Made by a program: the position numbers and the translations under genes
In this document: positions 1-10,128 of the stretch, in pieces
How positions within the stretch are numbered: the first letter of the stretch is position 1
Layout of the letters: each line of letters opens with the position of its first letter
From: Planctomycetota bacterium
GTDB taxonomy: Bacteria; Planctomycetota; UBA8108; SXIK01
NCBI GenBank assembly: GCA_965223845.1
Contig: CBDCXR010000004.1
Location: forward strand, 672,001-736,000
Reading direction: 5' to 3'
Length of the DNA stretch: 64,000 nt
Notes under the pieces: model-generated
The model's database searches: none
The model's input: the letters and a program-made list of their open reading frames with translations, nothing else
What the model was told of the DNA's origin: nothing

Positions 1-2
1 TT

Positions 3-398
3 CTCACGGGATCGTACAAGCCGCCGCGCGAGTTCAACTGGAACGTCGGCGTGATCCTACTCGTGCTCACCCTCCTTCTCAGCTTCACCGGCTATCTTCT
101 CCCGTGGGATCAGCTCGCGATTTGGGCGATCACCGTCGGAAGCAATATGGCGAAGGCGAGTCCGTTCGTCGGTCTCGAGGGGCCGGGTGCCTCGCTCGTC
201 GTTCTCGGCGACGTCCCGCTCGTCACCGCGGGAAGCGACGCGAAGTTCGCGCTCCTCGGCGGACGCTCGGTCGGGGCGAACGCGCTGCTCCGCTTCTACG
301 TTCTCCACTGCATCGCCATCCCCATGGGGGCGGGACTCCTCATGGCGATCCATTTCTGGCGCGTCCGGAAGGACGGCGGAATCTCCGGCCCGATGTAG
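3..398 (+). CDS. petB: cytochrome b/b6 N-terminal subunit of a split Rieske/cytochrome b complex (5' truncated by window edge)
   Basis: Frame from position 3 reads [13 protein letters not shown]...[19 protein letters not shown]...LLRFYVLH...[14 protein letters not shown]. These are cytochrome b6 motifs, including the heme-ligand His residues and the GISGP C-terminus. Confidence 0.92.
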   Translation, partial: LTGSYKPPREFNWNVGVILLVLTLLLSFTGYLLPWDQLAIWAITVGSNMAKASPFVGLEGPGASLVVLGDVPLVTAGSDAKFALLGGRSVGANALLRFYVLHCIAIPMGAGLLMAIHFWRVRKDGGISGPM

Positions 399-500
399 AG
401 CCGGAGCGGCCGAGCCTCGAATCCTGCGACTGTCGCGGGTCGGGGCTCAAGACGTTCGAACCGTTAGCTATCTTCACGCTGGAGCACGAGGGAGCCACCC

Positions 501-1583
501 GTGCCGGAATTCCTCAAAGCTGCGATCGACTCGCTCCTCGGACCGAAGTCGTTCTTCTTTCTCTCGATCGTCGGACTCGGCGCACTGATCGTCTGTCGTC
601 GCTTTTGGACCCAGGCGTGGATCGCGGGAGGTGCGGCGGTGGCGTTCGTCGTTCTCTTCATTGCGAGCCTGTCGGACGCCGACTTCGTCAAGATCGTCGC
701 GAAGCCCGACAACGTCCCGATCACGATGATGATCGTGTCGTGCGGCTTCCTCCTCTGGCTCTCGTTTCGCAAGATGGTCATCAACGATGATCTCATCGCG
801 AAGGGGCTGCCGACCTTCGAGGCCCGCGAGTCGAAGCGGCGCGTGCTCTGTTGGCCCGATCTCGTCTACGGCGAGTTCCTCGCACTGATCCTCTGCACGC
901 TCGCGCTCGTCGTCTGGGCGTACTACCTGAAGGCGCCGCTCGAAGAGCCGGCCGCACCGGCGCGGACGCCAAACCCGTCGAAGGCGCCGTGGTACTTCCT
1001 CGGGCTGCAGGAGATGCTCGTCTACTACGATCCGTGGCTCGCCGGTGTCGTCTTCCCGACGCAGATCATCGTCGGGCTGATGGCGATTCCGTACATCGAT
1101 CCGAACCCGAAGGGGAACGGTTACTACACGTTCACCGAGCGCCCCTTCGCGATCAGCGTCTTCCTCTTCGGCTTCATCGCGCTCTGGGTGATGATGATCA
1201 TCCTCGGGACGTTCCTCCGCGGGCCGAACTGGAACTTCTTCGGGCCCTACGAATACTGGGATCCGCACAAAGTCGAGGCGCTCAACAACGTCAACCTGTC
1301 GGAGTACATCTACAACTTCTGGCTCGGCCGATCGCTCCCCGACAATATCCTCATCCGCGAAGCGCCGGGCTTCGTCGTCGTCGCGCTCTACTTCGGGCTT
1401 CTGCCTCCGATTCTCGCGAAGACGATCTTCCGAAAGATGTACATCCAGATGGGCTTCGTTCGCTTCAACGTGATGGCGAACCTCCTCCTCTTCATGGCGG
1501 CGCTGCCGATCAAGATGGTGCTCCGTTGGACGATGAACCTGAAGTACATCGTCGCGATCCCAGAGTACTTCTTTAATATCTAG
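501..1583 (+). CDS. cytochrome b subunit IV (PetD-like) membrane protein with N- and C-terminal extensions
   Basis: WPDL...APLEEPA..TPNPSKAPWYFLGLQE corresponds to the subunit IV WPND / TP..I.PEWYF segment. Multiple TM helices; directly follows petB. Confidence 0.8.
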   Translation: MPEFLKAAIDSLLGPKSFFFLSIVGLGALIVCRRFWTQAWIAGGAAVAFVVLFIASLSDADFVKIVAKPDNVPITMMIVSCGFLLWLSFRKMVINDDLIAKGLPTFEARESKRRVLCWPDLVYGEFLALILCTLALVVWAYYLKAPLEEPAAPARTPNPSKAPWYFLGLQEMLVYYDPWLAGVVFPTQIIVGLMAIPYIDPNPKGNGYYTFTERPFAISVFLFGFIALWVMMIILGTFLRGPNWNFFGPYEYWDPHKVEALNNVNLSEYIYNFWLGRSLPDNILIREAPGFVVVALYFGLLPPILAKTIFRKMYIQMGFVRFNVMANLLLFMAALPIKMVLRWTMNLKYIVAIPEYFFNI

Positions 1584-1591
1584 GAGCTCCG

Positions 1592-4500
1592 ATGGCGGAT
1601 CGACTCTGGTGCCCGACGAGGGGCTACTTTGAGATTGGCTCTGGCGGCGGAGCGAGCGAGACTCCCGCGGAAGCTCCCGCGGCGGAGGCCGCTGAGGAAG
1701 CCGACGCCGCGCCCGAGGCGGCCGCTGCGCCCGCTGCGGGGGGCGGCGGCGGAGCCAAAGTCTGGGCCCCAACCCGAGGGTATTTCACGGTCGGCTCGGC
1801 GAGTGCCGCAGCCGCTGCGGCGCCGAAGGCGGCGCCCGCAAAGGCCGCCGCTCCGGCGAAGAAGGCACCCGCGGAGAAGGACGCGAAGAAGCCCGCCGCA
1901 GCAGCGAAGAAGCCGGCGGCGGCCAAGAAGCCTGCGGCCGCTAAGGCCGCACCGGCAGCGGCGAAGCCCGCCGCCCCGAAGAGCGACCCCGAGCGCGACT
2001 CCGTGTCGACGGTGCCGACGCTCACCGAGAGCTCCTTCGGCCGAGCCATCGGCGCGCAAGTTTTCGACGAGCCGGACAGCGAGACGACGCTCTACAAGGT
2101 CCCGGCACTCAACGTCGCCTTTTTCCTCTCGAGCGCGCTCCTCTTCATCTACCTCATCATGGTGATGTGGCAGGATTACGCCCGGCCGTGGAAGGACATC
2201 CAGGCGCGGTGGAACGAAGTCCTCGTCGCCGAGTACGAAAAGCAGCTCGCCGAGACCCGTGCGGATCAGGAAGCGGAGTTCGGGAACTCACTCCCGAATC
2301 TCGAAGCGATTTTCCGCGGACTCGCCGGCGAGAACGCCTCCGCGGAAGCGACGGCGAGCTACACCGAATGGGCGGACGCGGAGCTCGCAGGCGTGCGGGC
2401 ACTCCCGACCGTCGCGGAGCAGTTCGCGGAGCTGATCGGTCGCATCGAGAATCGATTCGTCAAGGGCTATCCGTCGTACCAGCAGCTCGTCGATAAGGTC
2501 GAGGCCGCCGAGACGAAGTTTCTTCTCGAGGGGGACAAGAAGGTCCGCTCGTTCCGCGGCGAATTCCAAGCGGACAAATTCGTCTTCGAAGAGAGAAAGC
2601 GGCACGCGGTCGACGCTTACGGCGATACGACCGATGCCAAACGAGAGGTCGCGGAAATCGACGCCGAGTTCGGCGAAGACTACTCCGCGCGGCTCGAAGC
2701 GCTGCAGACGACGGAGGAAGCGCTGAAGGCGGAGGCGCAGGCCGCGAACGCGGAGCTCGAGGAGTACCTCGCTGCGAACGCCGTCGCCGGCGGGCAGACG
2801 CTCAAGGACCTTCAGGCGCTCCTCAAGGATCTCAACTTCAAGTCGAACCAGATCGCTCAGAACATCAATCTGATCGAGTCGAACCTTCAGAACACGATCC
2901 GCAATCTCCCGATCATCGACCTCGCCGCACCGAGCTACAAGATCGACAAGGTCGTCGCCGATGGGGCGCACGAATCGCTCAACTTGCTCACCGTGCCGCG
3001 GATCGATCGCTGCATCACCTGTCACATCAATATCGACGATTCCGATCCGTCGCGCGCGACGGTGGTCGACGACGAGTGGGGCACGGTGTACCAGAGCCAT
3101 CCGCGTCTCGACCTCTTCGTCGGGAGCTCGAGCCCGCACCCGAAGCTCGAGTTCGGCTGTACGGTCTGTCATATGGGCGACGGGCACGCGACCGATTTCA
3201 CGCGCGCTTCCCACACGCCGAACTCGAAGGAGCAGCGGAGGAAGTGGGAACGGAAGTACGACTGGCACGAGATGCACCATCAGGACTTCCCGATGCTCGA
3301 GAAGAAGTACGTCTACTCGAGCTGCGGGAAGTGTCACACCGAACAGCACAATCTCGTCGGGGGCGAAGCCTACAACCGCGGCTATGAGCTCGTACGCGAT
3401 TACGGCTGCCACGGTTGCCACAAGATGGAGCCGTTCGAGGGTGCGGATAAGGCCGGGCCGAACCTCGCGCACGTCTCGAACAAGGCATCGACGGATTTCT
3501 ACTACCGGTGGATTCGAAACCCCGGCGCGTATCGAGAGTCGGCGCGCATGCCGCGGTTCTTCGATCTGACGAACAGCGGGGGCGGCACCAGCTTCGACTA
3601 CGAGGCGGCTACGGGCGAGCGCGACGGGACGATGCTCGCGCAGAACGTCGCCGGCGAGATGGAGCCGATGGACTTCGGTCTGCGGAACGGCATCGAGGCG
3701 TACGCGCTCGCGAGCTACATCATGAAGACGAGCACCGCGCGCGGAGGCCTCTATCAGATCGAGGGTGAGGGCGATCCCGTCGCGGGGCGCGAAGTGTTTC
3801 GGACGAGTGGTTGCCTCGGCTGTCACAGCGTGAAGGTCGAGAGCATGACGCCCGAAGTCGGGGCGACGCCCGAGGCGCTCGCCGAGCTCGTCGCGGCGGC
3901 GAAGACGGAGCTCGACGGGATTGCGACCGAAGCCGAAACGAAAGCGAGCCAGGCGGAAGCGGGGGTGCGCAGCGCCGCCGACGACCGAGCCCGCGCCGCG
4001 TGGCAGGCGCAGCTCCAGGAAGCGACGACTTCGCGAGAGAACGCGACGCGCGCGGCGAAGGGGCTCGCGGACATGCGCCGGTTCCTCGACCGTCTGAACG
4101 TCGGTCAGAAGATCGAAGAACACTACCGCCGTGTGATGACGCCGGCCGGCAAGCTCGAGCTCGCCGGAACGGACATCGCGGCGACGCGCGCCGCGGCGGA
4201 CGCGATGAACGCGCGCTGGGTCCACAATACGCGCGCTCCGGACCTGAGTGGAATCGGGAGCAAGATCACCGATGCGAACTGGCTCGCGGACTGGATCATC
4301 GATCCCGCGAAACACGATCCGACGACGGTCATGCCGCGGCTCCGCATCGAGGAGGATTCCGGCGGCGCTCAGAAGATCGCCGACCTCGTCGCGTACCTGA
4401 TGTCGCTCAAGGACCCCGCGTTCGAGGCGCGGTCCTCGTTTGCGATCGACACGGACGAGAAACGCGAGCTCCTCCGGACGATCGCGTACGAGCATCTGAA

Positions 4501-6337
4501 GCAGGACGGACGCGCCGCCGCGAAAGAGGCCGTCGCGGCGAGCACCGAGGACGATCTCGTCGTCTACGTCGGGTATCGGCTCGTCCGGCAGTACGGTTGC
4601 TTCGGGTGCCACGACGGCATCACCGATATGAAGTTCGCGATCGACTCCGAGTCGAAGCGCATCGTCGGAACGACGGTCGCGCCGAATCCGGAGAAGGACA
4701 TCGACGGCACCCTCAACAAGGCGCAGCGGATCGGCGCCGAGCTGAACAAGTGGGGGACGAAGCTCCCCGACAAGCTCGACTTCGGCCTCTGGGGCCACCA
4801 GCACTCCGGACGCGAAGCGATTCCGCACAAGAGCCGGTACGCGTGGCTCCACGCGAAGCTCACCGATACGCGGCGCTTCGACGTCATCCCGGCCGAGAAG
4901 AAGGTCGACGACGACACGTACGTGTACGAGACGACGCGGCGGCTCCTCCACAAGCGACCCGACGAGCTCCTCCGCATGCCGCTCTTCGCGTTTCAGGACG
5001 ATCCCGAGCAGGTCGACGACGTCGTGACGTTCATCGTCTCTCTCGTCGACGAGCCGGTGCAGGACGCGCTCAAAAAGAGGATGACTCCAGACGAGGTCGT
5101 TCTCGAGGAAGGGAGCCGCCTCATCACGAAGCTCAACTGCCAGGGTTGCCATCGCGTCGGAGCGATCGACGAATCCGTCGCGCTCGACGCCCTCCCGAGT
5201 TTCAGCGTATACGACGAGGGCATGGCGCTCTACTTCAACGAGCAGGAGAAGGAGACGTGGCTCGCTCACGCAGAGACTTTCTTCGGGAAGGAGAAGGAAA
5301 AGGCGAAGGGACTCACGCTGCCCGCGGGCGAGCTCCTCGGCGCGCGCGTCTACGATCACACGACGATGAGCCTCGAGGATGACGACGATACCGACGACGA
5401 GGACCTATCCGTCGTCGAGCTCGCGCGCCGGAATGCGGTGGCGCGAGGTATCGCGAAGTCGAGCCAGTACCTCACGGTGGCGGGCTACCAAGAAGGAGCG
5501 ATGCGCTTCTACTTCGGAACCACCGCCGCGACGCGCTACCTGGCGCCACCGCCCCTCGTCCGGCAGGGCGAGCGCGTGCGGAGCGACTGGTTCTTCAAGT
5601 TCCTCCTCGACGTCGAGCCGATCCGGCCTTGGCTGTCGGTCAAGATGCCGTCGTTCGCCCTCACGCAGGAGGAAGCGCGGACGCTCGTCCGTTGGTTCAA
5701 GGTGCGGTCCGGACTTCCGTCCGACGGCGAGATCTTCGAATCGGACACTTTCGACCGCGAGATCGCAGCTCTGGGGGAGACTCAGTTCTCGACGGAGCTC
5801 CAGTGCACGCAGTGCCATCCGGCCGGCGAGACGCTCCCGACGCAGCCGAGCTTCTCCGAGGATAAGTTCGACTGGAAGGAGTTTACGTTCGCCATTCCCG
5901 GGGACGAGCACTATGTCGTCTGGAAGGACGGTGACACGTACCGGCACCGCGCCGGCTTCGCGACCGCCGAAGCGGCGGGGGCGTGGGCCGAGCAGAATCT
6001 TCCGTCCGGGACCGAATCGACTCTCGGTCGACCGTGGAGCAAGGAGAGCTGGGGGCCGGATCTCGGGCTCGCAGCAGAGCGGCTCCGGCCGGAGTGGATG
6101 CGGCTGTGGCTGACGAATCCGCCGTGGTTCATGCCGGGGACGAAGATGCCAAACTTCTTCGGCTCGCCCGATCCGTTCGCGGACGAGGATGCGCTCAAAG
6201 AGAATCCGTTCCCGACTGCCGAAAACGCGCAGAAGATCGAGCAGCTCCTCCGCTACATGGTCCACATGAAAGTGATGGAGCAGGCGGTGAGCTCTGGCGA
6301 GCGGGCGCCGTCCGAGGACCCACAAGGCACGGATTGA
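1592..6337 (+). CDS. membrane-anchored multiheme (8 CxxCH) c-type cytochrome, likely acceptor subunit of the bc complex
   Basis: CITCH, CTVCH, CGKCH, CHGCH, CLGCH, CFGCH, CQGCH and CTQCH. Repeated GPxL...W..P....MP class-I cytochrome signatures; one TM helix near aa 172-193; GGAG RBS. Confidence 0.9.
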   Translation: MADRLWCPTRGYFEIGSGGGASETPAEAPAAEAAEEADAAPEAAAAPAAGGGGGAKVWAPTRGYFTVGSASAAAAAAPKAAPAKAAAPAKKAPAEKDAKKPAAAAKKPAAAKKPAAAKAAPAAAKPAAPKSDPERDSVSTVPTLTESSFGRAIGAQVFDEPDSETTLYKVPALNVAFFLSSALLFIYLIMVMWQDYARPWKDIQARWNEVLVAEYEKQLAETRADQEAEFGNSLPNLEAIFRGLAGENASAEATASYTEWADAELAGVRALPTVAEQFAELIGRIENRFVKGYPSYQQLVDKVEAAETKFLLEGDKKVRSFRGEFQADKFVFEERKRHAVDAYGDTTDAKREVAEIDAEFGEDYSARLEALQTTEEALKAEAQAANAELEEYLAANAVAGGQTLKDLQALLKDLNFKSNQIAQNINLIESNLQNTIRNLPIIDLAAPSYKIDKVVADGAHESLNLLTVPRIDRCITCHINIDDSDPSRATVVDDEWGTVYQSHPRLDLFVGSSSPHPKLEFGCTVCHMGDGHATDFTRASHTPNSKEQRRKWERKYDWHEMHHQDFPMLEKKYVYSSCGKCHTEQHNLVGGEAYNRGYELVRDYGCHGCHKMEPFEGADKAGPNLAHVSNKASTDFYYRWIRNPGAYRESARMPRFFDLTNSGGGTSFDYEAATGERDGTMLAQNVAGEMEPMDFGLRNGIEAYALASYIMKTSTARGGLYQIEGEGDPVAGREVFRTSGCLGCHSVKVESMTPEVGATPEALAELVAAAKTELDGIATEAETKASQAEAGVRSAADDRARAAWQAQLQEATTSRENATRAAKGLADMRRFLDRLNVGQKIEEHYRRVMTPAGKLELAGTDIAATRAAADAMNARWVHNTRAPDLSGIGSKITDANWLADWIIDPAKHDPTTVMPRLRIEEDSGGAQKIADLVAYLMSLKDPAFEARSSFAIDTDEKRELLRTIAYEHLKQDGRAAAKEAVAASTEDDLVVYVGYRLVRQYGCFGCHDGITDMKFAIDSESKRIVGTTVAPNPEKDIDGTLNKAQRIGAELNKWGTKLPDKLDFGLWGHQHSGREAIPHKSRYAWLHAKLTDTRRFDVIPAEKKVDDDTYVYETTRRLLHKRPDELLRMPLFAFQDDPEQVDDVVTFIVSLVDEPVQDALKKRMTPDEVVLEEGSRLITKLNCQGCHRVGAIDESVALDALPSFSVYDEGMALYFNEQEKETWLAHAETFFGKEKEKAKGLTLPAGELLGARVYDHTTMSLEDDDDTDDEDLSVVELARRNAVARGIAKSSQYLTVAGYQEGAMRFYFGTTAATRYLAPPPLVRQGERVRSDWFFKFLLDVEPIRPWLSVKMPSFALTQEEARTLVRWFKVRSGLPSDGEIFESDTFDREIAALGETQFSTELQCTQCHPAGETLPTQPSFSEDKFDWKEFTFAIPGDEHYVVWKDGDTYRHRAGFATAEAAGAWAEQNLPSGTESTLGRPWSKESWGPDLGLAAERLRPEWMRLWLTNPPWFMPGTKMPNFFGSPDPFADEDALKENPFPTAENAQKIEQLLRYMVHMKVMEQAVSSGERAPSEDPQGTD

Positions 6338-6388
6338 CCGTCGCGCGCCGGACTTAGGCGCGGCGTGCGTTAACGAGTGGCGGGCGTC

Positions 6389-7759
6389 ATGGCGACGGAT
6401 GATCCAACGGTAGTCGTCGGCGCAGGGATCAGCGGCCTCGCGTTTTCGCATCGTCTGAAAACGATCGAGCCGGACCGGCCGGTCGTCCTTCTCGATGCGG
6501 CGAGGCGGCCGGGCGGAGTCATCGCGACCGATGACGTCGACGGCTTTCGTTTCGAGTGGGGCCCGAACGCATTTCTCGGCAACTCGCCCGCTACGTTCGA
6601 GCTCGTGGAAGAGCTCGGCCTCTCGGAGCGATTGCTCGCCGCGAGGCCGACGGCGAAGAAACGCTACATCGTGCGCGGCGGGAAGCTCCGCGCTCTCCCG
6701 CGTTCGCCGCTCGGGGTGTTCACGACGGGGGCGCTGTCGTTTAGCGGCCGGATGCGGCTCCTCACCGAACCGTTTCGCCGGCGCGGCTCGGCCGAGGACG
6801 AGACGGTCGCCTCCTTCGGAAGGAGGAGGCTCGGCGAGGAGGCTACGCGACAGCTTCTCGATCCGATGGTGTCGGGCGTCTTCGGGGGAGATGTCGAGAG
6901 GCTCAGCCTGCCGGCGGCATTTCCGCGCGTCGCTGCCCTCGAGCGAGAACATGGTGGCCTCGTCCGCGGACTGATCGCGTCGCGAAAAGCGAGCTCGTCG
7001 TCCTCGGTCGCCGGTCGTTCGCGGCGCTCGCTCTACTCGTTTCCCGGCGGATTCGGCGAGCTCACGGGCGCGCTCGCCGAGCAGCTGGAGGACTCGATTC
7101 GTCTCGAGTGCCCAGTCGAGCGAGTGACGCCGAGCGGTCGCGGCTGGGAGGTCGCCGTCCGCGGCGGGGAGACGATCGCCGCGGCCGCCGTAGTCGTGGC
7201 CGCGCCGGCTCCGATCGCGAGCACCTTCCTTCCCTCCGATGCAGGCGATCTCGCGTCGGCGCTCACCGAAATCGCCTACGCGCCGCTCGCGGTCGTCTGT
7301 GTCGGGTTCGATCGCGATCAGGTCGGGCATCCGCTGGACGGCTTTGGCTTCCTCTCCCCGCGGCACGAGGGGCTTCGGGTCCTCGGCGCGGTGTGGGTGT
7401 CGAGCATCTACCCCGAGCACGCGCCGGGCGGCGCGGTGAGCCTCCGCGTGATGCTGGGGGGCGCCCGCGACCCGGAGGCGGTGGCACTCGCGGACGACGA
7501 GTTGCTCGAGCTCGCTCTCCGCGAAGTCGGGCCGCTCCTCCGGCTCCGAGGCGAGCCGCGAGTTCACCGCGTCTACCGCCATCGCCGCGGCGTTCCGCAG
7601 TACGAGGTGGGACACCTCGCCCGACTCGGACGAATCGACTCGCTCCTCCGCGCACTTCCGGGACTCGAGCTCCACGGAAACGCCTACCGCGGCGTGGCGG
7701 TCAATGACTGTATTCGAGAGGCCCGGGCGCTCGCCGAACGGATCGCGCGGCCGGAGTGA
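6389..7759 (+). CDS. hemG: protoporphyrinogen/coproporphyrinogen oxidase (HemY-type, FAD)
   Basis: VVVGAGISGL FAD motif, FEWGPNAF, GFGFL, GVPQYEVGH, GVAVNDC. Alternative GTG start at 6377. Confidence 0.92.
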   Translation: MATDDPTVVVGAGISGLAFSHRLKTIEPDRPVVLLDAARRPGGVIATDDVDGFRFEWGPNAFLGNSPATFELVEELGLSERLLAARPTAKKRYIVRGGKLRALPRSPLGVFTTGALSFSGRMRLLTEPFRRRGSAEDETVASFGRRRLGEEATRQLLDPMVSGVFGGDVERLSLPAAFPRVAALEREHGGLVRGLIASRKASSSSSVAGRSRRSLYSFPGGFGELTGALAEQLEDSIRLECPVERVTPSGRGWEVAVRGGETIAAAAVVVAAPAPIASTFLPSDAGDLASALTEIAYAPLAVVCVGFDRDQVGHPLDGFGFLSPRHEGLRVLGAVWVSSIYPEHAPGGAVSLRVMLGGARDPEAVALADDELLELALREVGPLLRLRGEPRVHRVYRHRRGVPQYEVGHLARLGRIDSLLRALPGLELHGNAYRGVAVNDCIREARALAERIARPE

Positions 7760-8073
7760 ACGAGGATTCCGCGCGCGCCCGTGCGTCGTCGGAACTCGTT
7801 CCAGAGTGCGACAATACGCCCCTCGGAAAACCCTGGCGCCGTTTTTCGGCTCGTCTATTCTCACCGTGGAGAGACGGTTCAAAGCCGCTCTCGAAAGAGA
7901 CGTGATGTTCGGGCTCCCCTTGTGGCAGAATTCGCCCTCTTCGTGAGGTGTCGACGGGGTGGCGGAGCCCGCTGGTCGACGGTGTCCCACGCGGGTCCGG
8001 ACTCGACCGGCTTGAAGAGAGTCTTCTCTCGGTCCCGAGGATTGGAACGAATCGTTCCAGAGAGGTAAGCGCG

Positions 8074-8910
8074 ATGATGCGGATCGGATTGCGGGCGGTG
8101 CTCGCAGCGTTCGTTGTGGCCGGAATGATCGGGGTGGGTTGCGAGAAGAAGTCGGGGACGCCGACTCCTCAGGACCCCGGGTCGACGACCCCGCCGACCG
8201 GCGGACCTACGCCGCCGCCGGTGGCGGCTGCGAAGGCGTGGCCGACCGACGCCGCGGCGACGGGAACGATCAGCGGCACGATCAAGGTCGGAAGCGCTCC
8301 TGCGATGCCCGCGATCGACATGGCGTCGAAGCCGGACTGCGTCGCGCTTCATGGCGACACGAAGCCGACGGCCGAGCTCGTCGTCGCCGGCGCGAACGGC
8401 GGTCTCCGTGACGTCTTCGTCTACCTCGACGACGCTAGCGTCGCGGCGCAGTACACGCCGCCCGCCCCTCCGGCCGAGCCTGCCGTGCTCGACCAGAAGG
8501 GATGCATCTACGTTCCGCACGTCATCGGGATCCAAGTGAAGCAGGACCTCAAGGTCCTCAACAGCGACCCCTTCCTTCACAACGTGAACGCTCCGCCGCT
8601 CAACTTGGCGATGGGCGGGAAGGACGAAGCCGGGAAGGTGAAGCTGCTCAAGAAGCACTTCAAGAAGCCCGCGGTCCCCGCCACGTTCAAGTGCGACGTC
8701 CATCCGTGGATGAGCGCGTACGCTTGTGTCGTCACGCACCCCTGCTATGCTGTGACCGACGCCGACGGGAACTTCAAGATCACGGGGGTTCCGCCGGGTA
8801 AGTACAAGCTCAAGTTCTGGCATGAACCGGCGCCGGGTCTTACCGCACCGGCAGATCAAGACGTCGAAGTGAAGGCTGGCGAGGACACCGCGATCGAAGC
8901 GACGTTCTGA
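8074..8910 (+). CDS. lipoprotein with cupredoxin-like domain (HNV...CxxHxxM) and carboxypeptidase-regulatory-like beta domain
   Basis: GAGG RBS then ATG at 8074; lipobox IGVG-C; Pro/Thr linker; DQKGCIYVPHV, LHNVN, FKCDVHPWMSAY, TDADGNFKITGVPPGKY. Confidence 0.75.
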   Translation: MMRIGLRAVLAAFVVAGMIGVGCEKKSGTPTPQDPGSTTPPTGGPTPPPVAAAKAWPTDAAATGTISGTIKVGSAPAMPAIDMASKPDCVALHGDTKPTAELVVAGANGGLRDVFVYLDDASVAAQYTPPAPPAEPAVLDQKGCIYVPHVIGIQVKQDLKVLNSDPFLHNVNAPPLNLAMGGKDEAGKVKLLKKHFKKPAVPATFKCDVHPWMSAYACVVTHPCYAVTDADGNFKITGVPPGKYKLKFWHEPAPGLTAPADQDVEVKAGEDTAIEATF

Positions 8911-9029
8911 ACGGGCGTGGCTCGCGGAACCGACAGGATCGCGCTTCGGCGCCGGTCTGGTGGTCGGGCGCGGGAGAACCCGGTCGAGCGGTTTGCCGTT
9001 TCGGTTTCGCTGGATCTGAACAATCGACG

Positions 9030-10049
9030 GTGATGGTATCGATGACGAAGACTCTTGAGTTGAGTGCGGTTCCCGCTCGGACGGGCGCCTCTCGGCTACG
9101 CCGGTGCGCGCGATGCGCCGTCGTCTGGTCCCTCGCGTTTCTGCCTCTCGTCTCCGCGACCGCGCAGGAAGCGGCACCGGCTCCGGCCGATGCGGCGACG
9201 ACGCCCGCGCCCGCGGAGGCCGTGTCTCCGCCGATGATTCCCGAGAACATCGCTACGTTCGGCGGGGACGTCGATTGGCTGTTCGATCTGATCCTCTGGA
9301 TCACTCTCGTCACCATGGTCATCGTCCTCGGTCTCCTCGCCATCTTCATGGTGAAGTACCGGTACAAAGAAGGGCGAAAGGCGCACTACACGCACGGGAG
9401 CACGGCGCTGGAGGTCACGTGGACGACCGCGACCGCGGTTCTGTTGATCTTCATCGCGTTCGTTCAGAAGTCGACGTGGGAGAACATCAAGCAGGAGTTC
9501 CCGGATCCGTCGGGGGCGGAGGACGTCTTCGTCGGCCGCGTCTTCGGCGAGCAATTCGGCTGGTACTTCGTGTACCCCGGGACGGACGGTAAGTTCGAGT
9601 TTGACGACGTGAAGCAGCGCTTTCCGGGCTTCAACGACGTCGGGCTCGCCGATCCGCAGAAGGACAAGGTGATGACGACGCTCTACGTGCCCGTCAACGC
9701 CAAGGTGCTCCTTCAGATCAAATCGCTCGGCAAGTATGACCAGTCGACCAAGCAGGAGATCGTCCCTGTCCTCCACAGCTTCTTCGCGCCGAACCTTCGC
9801 GTGAAGCAGGACCTCGTTCCGTATCACCCGGGCTACGTTTGGTTCGAGGCGACGAAGACCGGGAAGTACGAAATCGCGTGCGCCGAGCTGTGCGGGCTCG
9901 GTCACTACCAGATGCGGGCGGATCTCATCGTCGCAACCGACGAAGAGCTCGCGCAGCATCTCGGGTACAACTGGCGCGAGCACCGCGCGACCTTCGCGGG
10001 CGTCGACGGCAAGAGCGCGCCAGCGGAAGAGCCGGCCGCCGGGGACTGA
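9030..10049 (+). CDS. ctaC: cytochrome c oxidase subunit II (CuA); exact start uncertain
   Basis: LEVTWT, VLHSFF...KQDLVP and the CuA motif CAELCGLGHYQM. Two TM helices; no C-terminal cytochrome c domain. Confidence 0.93.
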   Translation: MMVSMTKTLELSAVPARTGASRLRRCARCAVVWSLAFLPLVSATAQEAAPAPADAATTPAPAEAVSPPMIPENIATFGGDVDWLFDLILWITLVTMVIVLGLLAIFMVKYRYKEGRKAHYTHGSTALEVTWTTATAVLLIFIAFVQKSTWENIKQEFPDPSGAEDVFVGRVFGEQFGWYFVYPGTDGKFEFDDVKQRFPGFNDVGLADPQKDKVMTTLYVPVNAKVLLQIKSLGKYDQSTKQEIVPVLHSFFAPNLRVKQDLVPYHPGYVWFEATKTGKYEIACAELCGLGHYQMRADLIVATDEELAQHLGYNWREHRATFAGVDGKSAPAEEPAAGD

Positions 10050-10128
10050 AAAGCGTTCGCCGGGCGTCCGAGTCTTCTCGACCCGTCACTCAACACAACC
10101 GCTCCTTACAGCAATCGAGTCCAAGTCT

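Noticed and set aside
1800-1985. GCC/AAG-rich repeats as a DNA repeat array or CRISPR
   Set aside because: Imperfect in-frame repeats that encode the Ala/Lys/Pro linker; no repeat-spacer periodicity.
2288-5359. 1023-aa antisense ORF and other long shadow ORFs (e.g. 5405-7990, 31168-33576, 34848-37238, 52185-53780)
   Set aside because: They lie opposite or overlap well-supported genes, carry no motifs, and are expected from high-GC codon bias.
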